Shown here one piece after another: positions 39,465-51,204 of a DNA stretch of 64,000 nt (the first letter of the stretch is position 1; each line of letters starts with the position of its first letter). The position numbers and the translations under genes were made by a program. This stretch comes from Monocercomonoides exilis PA203. Its lineage: Eukaryota; Protista; Preaxostyla. The stretch spans positions 1,674,001-1,738,000 of the forward strand of contig LSRY02000003.1 in assembly GCA_001643675.2 (NCBI GenBank). The letters are read 5' to 3'. Under the pieces are notes generated by a model. The model was not told the DNA's origin. It ran no database searches and saw only the letters and a program-made list of their open reading frames with translations.

Positions 39465-40867
39465 CTATCCATTCAACCCTTCCATCTCTTCCCTCCCACT
39501 CACTCAATCCTTTCATCTCAACCATTTCTTCCTCCTCTTCCACTTCCACTTTCACCAACACAAACTCCAATGCAATCCCCTCTTTCTCCCTTCATTCATC
39601 CCTCTCCATCCACTCAACCATCTTCATCCACACCCACAACCCCATCGATGGTGCCATCCTCCCCAACCTCAACAGCCCATCCACTTCTTTCTCAACCTTC
39701 AACACTTCTTTTCTTCACCAAACACGTTCTTCATCAAATGCTGCTGTTGTATATGAAGGAAATGAAACTCACAGAAAATCACCTGGAAGATTGACTTCAT
39801 TTGATGTTAACAGCCATCGTTTTGAGTGGTGTGAATGGAATGATTCATATAGCGGAAATGATCAAGGAGGTGCTCTGAAAGTCAATTGCACAAACGCAAA
39901 TTTATCGATCACTTCTTGCTCATTCAACAATTGTTCAACAAGTGATCATGGTGGAGCATTATATTGTAACGGTTTGTTAAATATCAACATTGCTAAATCT
40001 AATTTCACAAGTTGTTTTGCGTTACATGGAGGAGCAAATTGTATTGGTGGGTCACAATCAAATTCTGTTTATTCATTCTCAGAAAACAGAGTGGAAGGTT
40101 GTAATATAAAGGGCATTTATGGAACAGGTTGGTATTTTTGGATTGGCGATTTTCCATCAAATGGTCAATTCTTATTCACCAAATGCAAGTGCATTGCAAA
40201 CTCTGGTGGTGATTCTGCAGGCTCTCTCACATTTCATTGGCCTCCGAATAGCAAGCCCAACCTGTTTTCAATCGTTGAGTGTCAGTTCATCAATAATAAG
40301 TTAACTTCATCATCCACTTATGGCGGAGCAGGAATATACTTTGATGGAACTTACTCTTGGATGAATGGAATAAAATTCATCACTTTCTGTTTCTTCGATG
40401 GAAACACAGCCACAAATGGAAGGGGAAACGATGTGTTCTTCAGTGGCAATGCAATCACCCAATCTCCATTTGAGAATTGTGGCTCAACAACCCCAACTAA
40501 AAGAGTGTATAATAATGGACAAGATGATAACGCTGTGTATAATGGCTGGCTTCCCCTCATTTCCCAGAACAAAATCGTTGCCAACAATGGAACTGATGCT
40601 GATGTCTGTGGCAGACCCCAACAGACCCCATGTGCCACCATCGAGTATGCCCTCACTGGCTTCATTTCCCTCCTCCAAGACGCCTCCCTCACCCTCCTCA
40701 CCTCAACATTTGTTCCTTCTCAAACACTCACTTTCAGCGCGGTTGATACCATAATCACTGGAAATGATAAACTTTTTCTTACGTTCTTTCCTTTCCTTCA
40801 TTTTCTCATTTTCACCAATTCACATGTCATAGAAAAATTCATGAGCTTTCATAGCTTTTTCAACTGA
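39465..40867 (+). pseudogene. Copy F: cassette retaining the 3' part of the leader, truncated at 'TIITGN'
   Basis: The leader remnant ...NTNSNAIPSFSLHSSLSIHSTIFIHTHNPIDG runs in frame into the variable domain. No ATG. The breakpoint is the same as in C. Confidence 0.75.
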
Positions 40868-43800
40868 CGTATATATCATCACTAATTTTTTCAAAATCCT
40901 TAACGTCAGCTCAAATAAAAATATTTCTTCAAAATTTCTTCATTTATTTTATCTTTTTCATCAAATGCAAATTCCGCTTGCTGCTTAAATAAATGTTTTC
41001 TATTATTCTTCTCTTCAAAATGCATTTCTTCAAGCATAGCAACAATCTCTTCAAAACCTTCAATTTCTTTTATCACTTCCATTTCTCCTTTTTTGAGCGC
41101 TGCAGAATCTCTCATTTCATAGAATTATCCTTCGATTATTTGTTTTCTAATCAATTATGTTCTCCTCATTTAATCATCCTCTCGTTCTGTTGAAGGCACA
41201 TGATGCTGTGAAATTTGTCGAAGGTCATCCTCATAATCATTCATCCCAAACATCCTATCCTGTCCTGTTCTTTATGTTTTCGGTGAATTCTTTCATCTTC
41301 CAAACCAAAAAGTCAGAGGCAATCTCTATTTTTTGCTGCATGCCTGATGTTCGGCTATTCTGGATCAAAATTTCACATTTCATTGCCGTGTTAGGTCCGG
41401 CTGAAATTCTGTGAAAGTGTGAATATTTCTTTTGCGTTTCCTATTTGAGCAGATTTTAATGCCTCTTGATGAATTTGATGAAGTTGAACGAAATGATAAA
41501 TTCAATATTATTTTTGATGTTCATCGAAGAAGACATTGAAGAATAAAAGGAGGATCACAATTGTTGAAATGAAGATAGATGCTGTTTCAATGTGCGAATG
41601 AATGAGGAAGAATGAAGTTGAAGCTGAAGAAGAAGAGGAAAGAGACGAAGAAGAGGAATAGGTTGAGTCAAAGAAGAAGAAGAAGAAGAAATGGTTGAGT
41701 GAAGAAGATTTTGTGTGTTTTTGGCTATGCGATTCATAACAGGCGTGCTTGTCGCTGAATGAGCAAGTGAATTGTGAGAAGGCGAATTTTGTGTTTGTAA
41801 ATCGAGAAATGAGGAAGATGGTTGATTGAATGAAAGGGGATTATCTGAAGATGAAGAAGAAGAAGAAGATGAAGAAGAAGATGCAGTTGAGAAATGCGGA
41901 ATCAGTCGAACGATATTTATGATGTTGAGAATAATTTGTATGAAGTCGTTGATTGGCTGAAGCATCTTATTCGATGTGTAAACTTCAGATTGGTTAGAAA
42001 AACATAATCACAATATTTGTGACGAACAGATTGTGGAAATCAATCTTGCTGTATATTCACAACTTCAGTTCACTTTCTTTTTGCGATTTCCCCTCCTTTC
42101 CCCTCAAAAATAGAAAATGTTGATTTTTCTCAATTTCCATTCCTTTCCATTCCCCGCTTCCATTCAACCCCCAAAATTCATCAGAAAATATCAATCCCCT
42201 CCTTTTCTTCATCTTTCCCACTCTCTACCAAAATATCTACTCCTCTCAAAAAAAAAAAAATATCCCTCTTCCATTTGAACACTTCAGAATATTCTTCTTC
42301 TTTCCCGCCTTTGCCCTCTTTTCCTTTTTTTCAAATTCCATTTCTCCAATTTGTCTCAAATATCTTCCTCACCATCCTCAGCCACTTCTCTACATATTTA
42401 CTATATTATCTTCTCAAAATCTCCACCTTCTCTTCCCCATCTTTTTGTCTCAGAATTTCTTTCATTCAAAAACCCCTCTTGAAATATAAACATTCCGTAA
42501 AACTCTCAACTCCCACCCCCTGCCAAAAAAAATATTCTTCCATCTCTTCTCTGCCCCATATCCCTCATGTGCAAGGTGTTGATGAGATAGACATCAAATA
42601 CTTCTTTGTGTGGTTGAGAATATTATTAAAGGAGATGATCATGCCAAAAACAGAAAAAACCCCTTTGGACAGGCATCACAATGTGTACGGGCTGAGAAGA
42701 CCCTCCAGTGAGATATTCAATGTATTTTGTGAAGAAGGATGCAATGCTGTATTCAACCATTCTGAGACTGAAATGAAGAGATTGATTTATTTTTGGAATG
42801 ATGATTGTTGTGGAAATGAGTGTGCTTGGCGAAAAACAGTCGAAGAGCAGTTTGGCATTTATTTATTTTTATTTATATGAATATTTATCTGTTGAATGTT
42901 TTTGTGTTTCTTTCATGGCAGAAGGCGGAAAGGAATGAAAATGAATGAAAGCGGGATATCTCGTTGTGCATGGTGGCTATGGAGTTGGGAGAGCGAATTC
43001 ATATGGAAAGTGCCCAGGATGAAGGGTTTGGGAAGGGAATTGGAGATGATATTTTCAGAGGAAAAACAAGGATATTTTTCAATGATGAGAATGGAATTTG
43101 AGCAGAAAACGTAAATTTCACATTTTTCAGAAGAACAAGAAATAGATGCATTTGATAGAGAAACAACTGATGGAAAGGATGATTTGCGAATCAGATGATG
43201 AAACACTTGAAAAAGGAAGAAATAATGAAATTGAATTGAAGAAAACAGTTGCCAATTCAACATAAAGTAGAAAATTGCTTATAAAAATGTTTATAAGGTT
43301 TGTTGTTATTTTTTTTTTGAAGTAATTATTATTTTGTTTTAAGAATGCTGAAAGAATGAAGGATTAGATGGCTTTGAAGAAGAAGAAAAGTTGGGAAGGA
43401 AGAATAAAGAAGGACAGATGAAATGCGGATATTTCGAAGATGCTTGGTATTGGGCTTTGACAAATAATTATTTTTGAGGAAAGATGATTTATTGTGAAAA
43501 AAGGGAAGCGAAAAATTGAAAGAGATGGAATGAAAAATAGATTGACGCATGCTTATTATTTTTAGATGGAGAGAGAAAGAGAATTGAGCTGAAAGTGAAA
43601 AAGTATTCAGAGATTTCTCCTTTGCAGAAGAAGACACAGAAGAAGAGAAATTCAATGAATTTCTCTGTTGATGTAAATTGACACTCATCTTCTCAATTTT
43701 CAACAATTAATCATCTCATTCAATCCATTCATTCATAATTACCATCATCAACTTCTTCAAATAAATCAACAACATTTCACACAGCTTCTTCTTCATTATC

Positions 43801-44343
43801 ATCATTCACATCATCTGATTGAATTTCTTCACATTCTGCTTTGGCATCAGAGATCAAGAGATAAATGAAGAAGTAAACAGAGAAATTATACATCCGAAGG
43901 AAATATTCACAAATTAAAATGAGAAAAAGAAGAATGAAAGAAGAGGAGAAAGAGAAAGAGAAAGAGAACGAAGAGCGTGTTTTGAGAGGAGAACTGGAAA
44001 GGAAATAGAATAGAGAAAATGAAAGAGGGTTTTTTGAATGAAAGGAAGAAGATGAACGAATTTCAAATATGAGTTGGAAAAAAAATTTGAGAAGAGAAGG
44101 AAGGTTGAACAGCACAAAAGAGATTATTTGGATAAGAAAAGGAAGATGCTTGAGAAGAGAAAAAAATTGAAAAGCAGAACAACAAAGAAGACAATACGAT
44201 GAATTACAAGAGAAATCAAAAGTTATGAAAAAAGAGAGAAAAGAAGGAAAGAGATGAGAGGAGGTGATAGAGAAAGCAAAAATGAGAGATGGAAGCAGGA
44301 AAAGCATTTCATTGGAGAATTTGGAAAGAAAAGCTAGAATCGG

Positions 44344-46188
44344 TCATTTTTTCTCAGCGTTTTCAGTTTGTCCATTATTATACACTCTTTGTGTTGGAGT
44401 TGTTGATCCACAATTCTCAAATGGGGATTGGGCTATAGAAATGCCATTGAAAAACACATCGTTTCCTCTGCCATTTTTGGCAGTGTTGCCATCGAAGAAA
44501 CAGAATGTGATGAATTTATTTCCACTCATCCAAGTGAAGGTGTTTGTGCAACACAGCGCAGCTCCTCCCCATGAAGTTGAAGTTGATGTCAATTTGTTGT
44601 TTATGAATTGGCAATCATTAACTAGAAATTTCTCTGGTTTATTTTGTGGAGGCCAATGAAATGTGAGAGAGCCAGCAGAATCACCACCAGAATTTGCAAT
44701 GCACTTGCATTTGGAAAACAGGAATTGACCGTTTGATGGAAAAGCACCAATATAAAAATACCAACCAGTTCCGCACCAATTTGTGATCGAACAACTTTCC
44801 ACCCTGTTTTCTGAGAATGTCCAAACAGAATTTGATTGTTGTCCACCAATACAATTTGCTCCTCCATGAGCAGCTGAACAACTCGTGAAATTGGATTTTG
44901 TGATATCAATTTTTAACAAATATCCACAATATAACGCTCCACCATGATCATTTGTTGAACAATTGTTGAACGAACAAGAAGTGATTGTGAGGTTGGCATT
45001 TGCTTTGTTTACAAAAAGTGCACCACCTGCTGAAGATCCACCAGTTGAATCTTCCCATTCGCACCATTCAAAGAGATAGCTATTCAAAGTAGTAAAGGAC
45101 AATCTTCCAGGTTTCGCTCTTTGGGTTTCATTTCCAATATATTTTACAGGATCATTTGATGAAGAACGTGTTTGGTGAAGAAAAGAGGTGTTGAAGGCAG
45201 AGAGAGAAGTGGATGGGCTGTTGAGGTTGGGGAGAATGGCACCATCGATGGGGTTGTGGGTGTGGAGGAAGATGGATGAGTGGATGGAAAGGGATGAGTG
45301 AAGAGAGAAGGAGGGAATTGTATTGGTGTTGGTGTTGGTGGAAGAGGAAGAAGAGGAAGAGGTGGTTGAGGTGAATGGATTGAGTGAATGTGAAGAAAGA
45401 GATGGAAGTGATAGAGTGGATTGGGGAGAGGAGATGTTGGAGAAGAGGGTGTTTGAGAGATGGAGGTTGAGGTGGATTTGGAGGTGGGGATGGGATTGGT
45501 GATGGTTATGGAGAGGGGAAGGGAAAGAGGAAATAGAAGGGGAAAGGGAAGGGGAAGGGGAAGAAAAAGAAGATGATGAGGATGAGGATGAGGATGAGGA
45601 AGATGAAGGAGAAGGGGAAAGGGATGGAGATGGAGAAGTGGAAGGGGAAGAGAGGGAAGAAGGAGAAAAAAGGAAGGGCTGGATGAGGGGGATGAAGGAG
45701 GAGAAAGAGGAGTGGGAGATGGAGAAGGAGGCAGGGATTGGGGAGTGGGCATGTGGGAGGAGATTGTTTGGGGTGGAGAAGAGGGGGAAGGAGAAGATGG
45801 CAGGTTGGTGGGTGATGAGGGAGAAGTTTGTGAGGGCGAGGGAGGCATGGGCAGAGAGGAAGAGGGGGCATTGTTGGTAGTAGTTGTTGTTGGTGAGGGA
45901 AGGTGGGTGGATGGTGCAAGTGGAGGAGCAGATGGAGGCAGCAGAGTGGTGTTGGGCAGTGAGGAGTGGGCAACCGCTGAGAGGGATGATGTTGAGACGG
46001 GTCACACACAAGGAGGTGTTGATGAGGGCGAAGCTTGTTTGAGCACAACAGATGTGATTTCCCGATGCATGTTCCACCTTGTCTGTGTGAGCGCCTCTGA
46101 TGATGCTGTTTGCGATATCTTCTCCACGAACCAGATTTATGGTGAGGAATGCGACGAGTATCTGAGCTGATAATGTGATCCTAATCAT
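44344..46188 (-). CDS. Copy G: signal peptide + Ser/Pro-rich leader + variable beta-helix domain (inverted paralog of A)
   Basis: ATG at 46188 (MIRITLSAQILVAFLTINLVRG). The leader is nearly identical to that of A. Stop after RVYNNGQTENAEKK. Confidence 0.75.
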   Translation of the reverse strand: MIRITLSAQILVAFLTINLVRGEDIANSIIRGAHTDKVEHASGNHICCAQTSFALINTSLCVTRLNIIPLSGCPLLTAQHHSAASICSSTCTIHPPSLTNNNYYQQCPLFLSAHASLALTNFSLITHQPAIFSFPLFSTPNNLLPHAHSPIPASFSISHSSFSSFIPLIQPFLFSPSSLSSPSTSPSPSLSPSPSSSSSSSSSSSSSFSSPSPSLSPSISSFPSPLHNHHQSHPHLQIHLNLHLSNTLFSNISSPQSTLSLPSLSSHSLNPFTSTTSSSSSSSTNTNTNTIPSFSLHSSLSIHSSIFLHTHNPIDGAILPNLNSPSTSLSAFNTSFLHQTRSSSNDPVKYIGNETQRAKPGRLSFTTLNSYLFEWCEWEDSTGGSSAGGALFVNKANANLTITSCSFNNCSTNDHGGALYCGYLLKIDITKSNFTSCSAAHGGANCIGGQQSNSVWTFSENRVESCSITNWCGTGWYFYIGAFPSNGQFLFSKCKCIANSGGDSAGSLTFHWPPQNKPEKFLVNDCQFINNKLTSTSTSWGGAALCCTNTFTWMSGNKFITFCFFDGNTAKNGRGNDVFFNGISIAQSPFENCGSTTPTQRVYNNGQTENAEKK

Positions 46189-47197
46189 TTTCAAACCGTG
46201 ATGCAATTTGATTGGAATGAATATGAATGAAGGCTTAATTGGCGGAGAGGGGAGAAATGCAATGTGAAGGGAAAATAGAAGAGGAAATCTTGTGGATCGT
46301 TGATAATATTGTTAAATTACTAACTTTTATACATGTGGATAACAATTTGTTTTTCTGTTGCTTTCACATTTATATTTTTCTTTCACTACTCTTGTGTTCG
46401 ATGGATTCTAATCAAAGGGAATAGTGTTCATGAATTGCGAGTTTTGATGATAAATTGATGATCTGTTTGCACTGTTGAAAACAATTTTTTGTTTGTGATT
46501 AAAAAAATACTCATATTTTGGTGATTTTGCATTCCAAATAATTGATTTTAGCAACAAACTTCACTTCAAACATTCAAATATGAAATCGTTTTCAATAACG
46601 TTGGAAAAAATGAGAAAAGATAATATTATTCAATCAATTTCCAATTGAAATACTAAAAACGTTGTGAGACAAATGGGGACTCTTAAGGAACACCAGAAAT
46701 CGTCTTTTTTTAGAAATTAAAGTGATTGACATTATATTTAAGTATTTGTATTAATAATCAAATGAGTGAAATCATTCGATGTTGAAATAAAAATTTTCCA
46801 AAATATAAATGTTTCCTGAAAAATGAAATTATTAGTCATATTTTTTAATGATAGCCGTGGAAAAATTAGAAACATTTTTACCGAGGAACATCATTCGGTG
46901 AGACTTTCTCCATCTCATTATCCAAATGGATTTGAATCGTGATATTCATTTTCATGAGAATTGTCATTAACATCAAGAGTTTCTTTTACATTTATTTCGA
47001 AAATAATCTCGGAAAAATTGCGTTATATCGGACAAAGCAAAATCTTGTTTTTGTATATATCATACTCAAATTAGTATTTGACACATAAAAAAAATAATTT
47101 TAATGCTCGGAAAACAGTTTCTCATAAATACAAAATTATTTTGAAAATATGAAAATCTGTAGTTATATTAAAAAATAGGGTCTTTGAAAAAAGTGTA

Positions 47198-47486
47198 CAG
47201 TTAGTGTTAATAATGGTGGACACTTTCAATAAATCAGAATTTTGAAAAAACATTTTTAATTTTCGGAGAAAATTTGAGAATTCAATTTCTTTGGGTTTCT
47301 CCGAAAATTGAAAATGTTTTTTTCAAAATTCTGCAGAGCAAATTGTTTCATTTCTGTATGTCTTATAGGTTCATATTCGTTGAGGGAATAATTGGGTTAA
47401 TTGTCAAAAAGCAACTATCAACGGTTGTTGAAATAATACAACAGTCCACAGTTATTGAAAGTGTCCACCATTATTAATACTAACTA
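47198..47486. mobile_element. Tc1/mariner-type MITE (289 bp) with ~35-bp TIRs, TA target duplication and an internal hairpin
   Basis: TA|CAGTTAGTGTTAATAATGGTGGACACTTTCAATAA ... TTATTGAAAGTGTCCACCATTATTAATACTAACTA|TA. Internal IR 47235-47271 / 47296-47333. Confidence 0.75.
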
Positions 47487-47603
47487 TATATCCAACAATG
47501 GCTTTTTAAAAGCAAAAGATAATCTAAGTTAAAAAATAAATATGTGCATATTTTAAAAATGAAAGTTTTATTGAACCGTTCTGGAACCGTTTTCAAACTG
47601 AAT

Positions 47604-47634
<31 letters not shown>

Positions 47635-48617
47635 TTTTAAGATTCTTAACAAATTTCCGTTTCAATAGTGGTTTTAGTGTCAGAGTTTGCGTTCGAATAA
47701 ACTTCATAGGTTTTTGTTAAGTTTTTGGGTTAGGGTTGAAAATAATATAATAACAATATATAGAATCTTTAATCGTGAAGCAACGGTCGTGTTGTTATGA
47801 TTTTTCTTCCATTTATGGAATGGTCAAGTGTTCAAATCCAGCCACATTCTTCTTTGTTTTTCCTTTTTAACACAGTTCATTTGTTTCATTGTTCCTTTTA
47901 GTGATGTCTTGAAATTATCTGATGGAGCATATTCATCAGAATGGGAGGATGAATCAAAACTGTTGACAATTTTTTTTCAATTTCGACTTTTTTCTTTGTC
48001 CCAAAATCAAAATATTTTGAAAGAAAAATTAAAAAACATATTTTGATTAACTTCTGCACATTTTTAACAACGAAGGCATAAAAACATTTGATTAATGAAC
48101 ATTTCTATAAACATCAAAATCAATTTCTCGATATCAGATATAACACGAATTGACTTCTTTTTATTTAATACATTCCAATCCGTTCTACAATATTTTATGT
48201 TTTTGAACCAAACCGACAGAAAGGCATCCTCTCAAGTTTTTTTATTAAAAAAAATCTATCAGCTGAGCTTGAAAATTAAAAATTTTCATTGTTGGAAAAC
48301 TGTTGCAAATGATATCGTTTCATGCAAAGAACCAACAAAACGAATTGGAAATATTGAATTTTTGAAAAAAGATTTTTCATTTTATTCTCAAATTCTATGA
48401 AATTCTTCAATTTTTTTTTCAAATTTCAGTTATCACTAAATAAATATTTATCAATCTGAAACAAAAAAAGACATCAGTTTCTTATTCAATTCATTCATCC
48501 CTAGAAAAAGCAGAAATTATAGATATCGACGACAAACATTTAATTATGAAAGAAAAAAAAATGTATTATTGAAAAAATCAAAATCACTATTTTCCAAATA
48601 TAAACAAACAACAAAAA

Positions 48618-48976
48618 CAGATTATGCAAAAAATAACGGACAAGATCGATTTCACAACTTCCACAAGATGAATGATACTGTTTATTTTCCTCAAAAAAAA
48701 ACTCATCAATGCAAATTCATTTGCCACACAAAACTTTCATTTTCATGTCGACTGATTATTAAAAAATAATTTGTGAAATCTCGGAGAAATAGAAGAATAA
48801 GTTTATTAGAGATTATTAAAATTATTTTTTTTATAAGTGTAAATAAGGAAGTTTTGATTGTTTTAAATAGCAAATGAATTTGTCAAGATGAGATTTTTTT
48901 TGAGGAAAATAAACAGTATCATTCATCTTGTGGAAGTTGTGAAATCGATCTTGTCCGTTATTTTTTGCATAATCTG
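48618..48976. repeat. Fold-back element: perfect 83-bp inverted arms (48618-48700 / 48894-48976) with a degenerate inner extension
   Basis: CAGATTATGCAAAAAATAACGGACAAGATCGATTTCACAACTTCCACAAGATGAATGATACTG... and its exact reverse complement. Confidence 0.9.
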
Positions 48977-49956
48977 AACTGATCAGTCAATCACTTTTAT
49001 CAAATTTTTTCTGCAAAAAAATGGATTCTGGTTAATAACACCATCTTTAATGTGCTGCTCTTGCAACATAAACACACTTTAAAGAATAAAAAAGTTAGTT
49101 AGATTGGAAATCTCAATGTTTTGATGATTTTCTTCACAATGAAAGAACTTCATTGAAAAAAGTACATTAATTTTAATAATGAGAGCAATAATTTGCAAGT
49201 TTGAAATGAAAAAGCAAGAATAAGAATAATTACAATAAATAAAAAATTTAATTGAAGTTATTCTAATTTATTGTTCCCAAATTTTTCAAAAAAGATAAAA
49301 TTGTCATAGGCAGGAAAACTTTTTATTTTTATTTAATCTTTAGAGAAAGAGCTGAAAGAAGATAAATGTCTGAAAAATTCATTCGTAATATTTTTTGCAA
49401 AAGTGGTTTTCACATAAGAAAAACTAATATCATGATCCACAACGAGAATAAAGTAGTGATTTTAAAAAAAATCACATAATTTTCATAAATTTGCTCTATT
49501 TATTTGATGATAATGCGAATATTTTTTAAAAACAAATCCAAGAACAATTCAAAATTTAATTTTAATTGTCATGTTTTTAAAATTGAAGTGATGATTAGTA
49601 TCGAAGATTTAAATATTTGAACAACAAAAATGACTTTTTTAATCATTATTAAAAGTTGTTGATATTTGGAAAATCACTTATCGAAAATATGGGACGATAC
49701 ATCTTGCTTTATGAAATTTGTTCAATTTTATTTATTCAAACATTTTTTCATTTTCCATAAGTTTTCATCCTTTTTTTGACATGGGGACGAAAGACTTATC
49801 GTGATTAGGTTATGGAAAAAGTATGGAACAAATCGTTGTTTTTTTTAATTAATGCAAAAATTTTGCCCCACATTATTCTTGACACCCATAAATTAAATCA
49901 TCAACTGCAAAAGGGGAATTCTAATTGGTGTTTATTATTTTCAAACAGCTTGAAAG

Positions 49957-51204
49957 ATGGAAAAGGATATTTTTGAACCACTTAACGGACATGTTCCTGC
50001 TAGTATTTTAGAATTTGCAGCACAATTACCAAAAGCACAAAGAGAAAAATGTCATAGTTTATTTTCGAGGAGCGCACCAAATTTACCTATGCCAACTGAA
50101 TTAGATCGATTTTCAGAATCTCTTGATGTTTTGGAAAAAGCGGATTTTTGGAAGGCTGTGTCTCAAGTTCGAGCTCAATCGACAAATCTTGTTCCATTGC
50201 CAAGTTTACCCACTTCTGATAACATTTGCGCATATCCTGCTGCTCCACCGAATCTCGAGGGAGTTAACAGTTCAGTGCCAGTTGCAGATGAAGTTCGTTG
50301 TGATCCTCCCACCAATTTAGGAGCTGCTGCACCGAAGAATAAATGGGAATTAAGCTTTGTTGCGCCAATTATTGACGAAGAAGGTGTTCCTTCTCGGCAA
50401 TTCTTTTCTCAGCTAATGAAAGGAGAAAAAGCGGTAAAAGAGCCAGAGAAAGAAAAAACTCCATTTTTACGTTCGACAGACGTTCAACGCGAAGTTGCCA
50501 GGAAATCAATAGAGAATGAAAGTTTTCAAAACGATAAATGCCTTGATGAAGATCAAAAGTTTGTGATAACAGAATTTAAGCGAGTTTGGGGAAAAGAGAA
50601 AAAAAGAGTTGCATGCAATAAAAGATTCTGCCTCGGTAATTTGTGTTTTTTGCTATGTTCAGTTTACACATTAATGGCAGGATATGTTCTCGTAATGGTT
50701 GGAGGATTGTTAATGGAAGATAAAGATATGCCCATTGGAGCAAATATTGCTATGATTGTAGTTGGTGCTATTATTGCAATTGTATGTACTGTTTTACTGA
50801 TTTGTACATGCTGCCCAACAGGATTAAGCTCATTGGGAGTGGAGAGAGATTTGGCGTCACAAGGGTTTTGGGACGATTTAAGAGAATCGATGAAGCCATG
50901 TGTGAGACAGAGAGTGAAAAACTGGAGGAGGAAAAAGGAGTGGAGATGGCTTTTGTCAAAGGACGAAAGAAGAAATGAAGAGAAGATTGACAAAGTTGAG
51001 GATGCAAGAAAGAAAAAAGAGGAAAACGAAAAATTAAGTCGTGAAGCTGCAATTGAAATGGAGAAGCTTCAAATGAAACAAGTTATAACAGCTGGTACAA
51101 GTGGAACAGGAAATGTAGAGTTCTCCAATCAAGCTTACAGCGCTTCGGTGGCTGTGGAAGTGGAACCAAGAACAATTCTGAAAGAAGAAGAATATCATTA
51201 TTAG
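49957..51204 (+). CDS. Hypothetical membrane protein, two predicted TM helices and a charged C-terminal coiled coil
   Basis: 415-aa ATG ORF with hydrophobic stretches LCFLLCSVYTLMAGYVLVMVGGLL and IAMIVVGAIIAIVCTVLLICTCC. Confidence 0.8.
   Translation: MEKDIFEPLNGHVPASILEFAAQLPKAQREKCHSLFSRSAPNLPMPTELDRFSESLDVLEKADFWKAVSQVRAQSTNLVPLPSLPTSDNICAYPAAPPNLEGVNSSVPVADEVRCDPPTNLGAAAPKNKWELSFVAPIIDEEGVPSRQFFSQLMKGEKAVKEPEKEKTPFLRSTDVQREVARKSIENESFQNDKCLDEDQKFVITEFKRVWGKEKKRVACNKRFCLGNLCFLLCSVYTLMAGYVLVMVGGLLMEDKDMPIGANIAMIVVGAIIAIVCTVLLICTCCPTGLSSLGVERDLASQGFWDDLRESMKPCVRQRVKNWRRKKEWRWLLSKDERRNEEKIDKVEDARKKKEENEKLSREAAIEMEKLQMKQVITAGTSGTGNVEFSNQAYSASVAVEVEPRTILKEEEYHY

Noticed and set aside
6631-40867. 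Dscam-like mutually exclusive exons
   Set aside because: The cassettes lie on both strands, their 5' ends are ragged, and I found no conserved AG/GT splice sites at their borders.
47727-47737. GGGTTAGGGTT telomere-like motif
   Set aside because: Fewer than two repeat units; compatible with chance.
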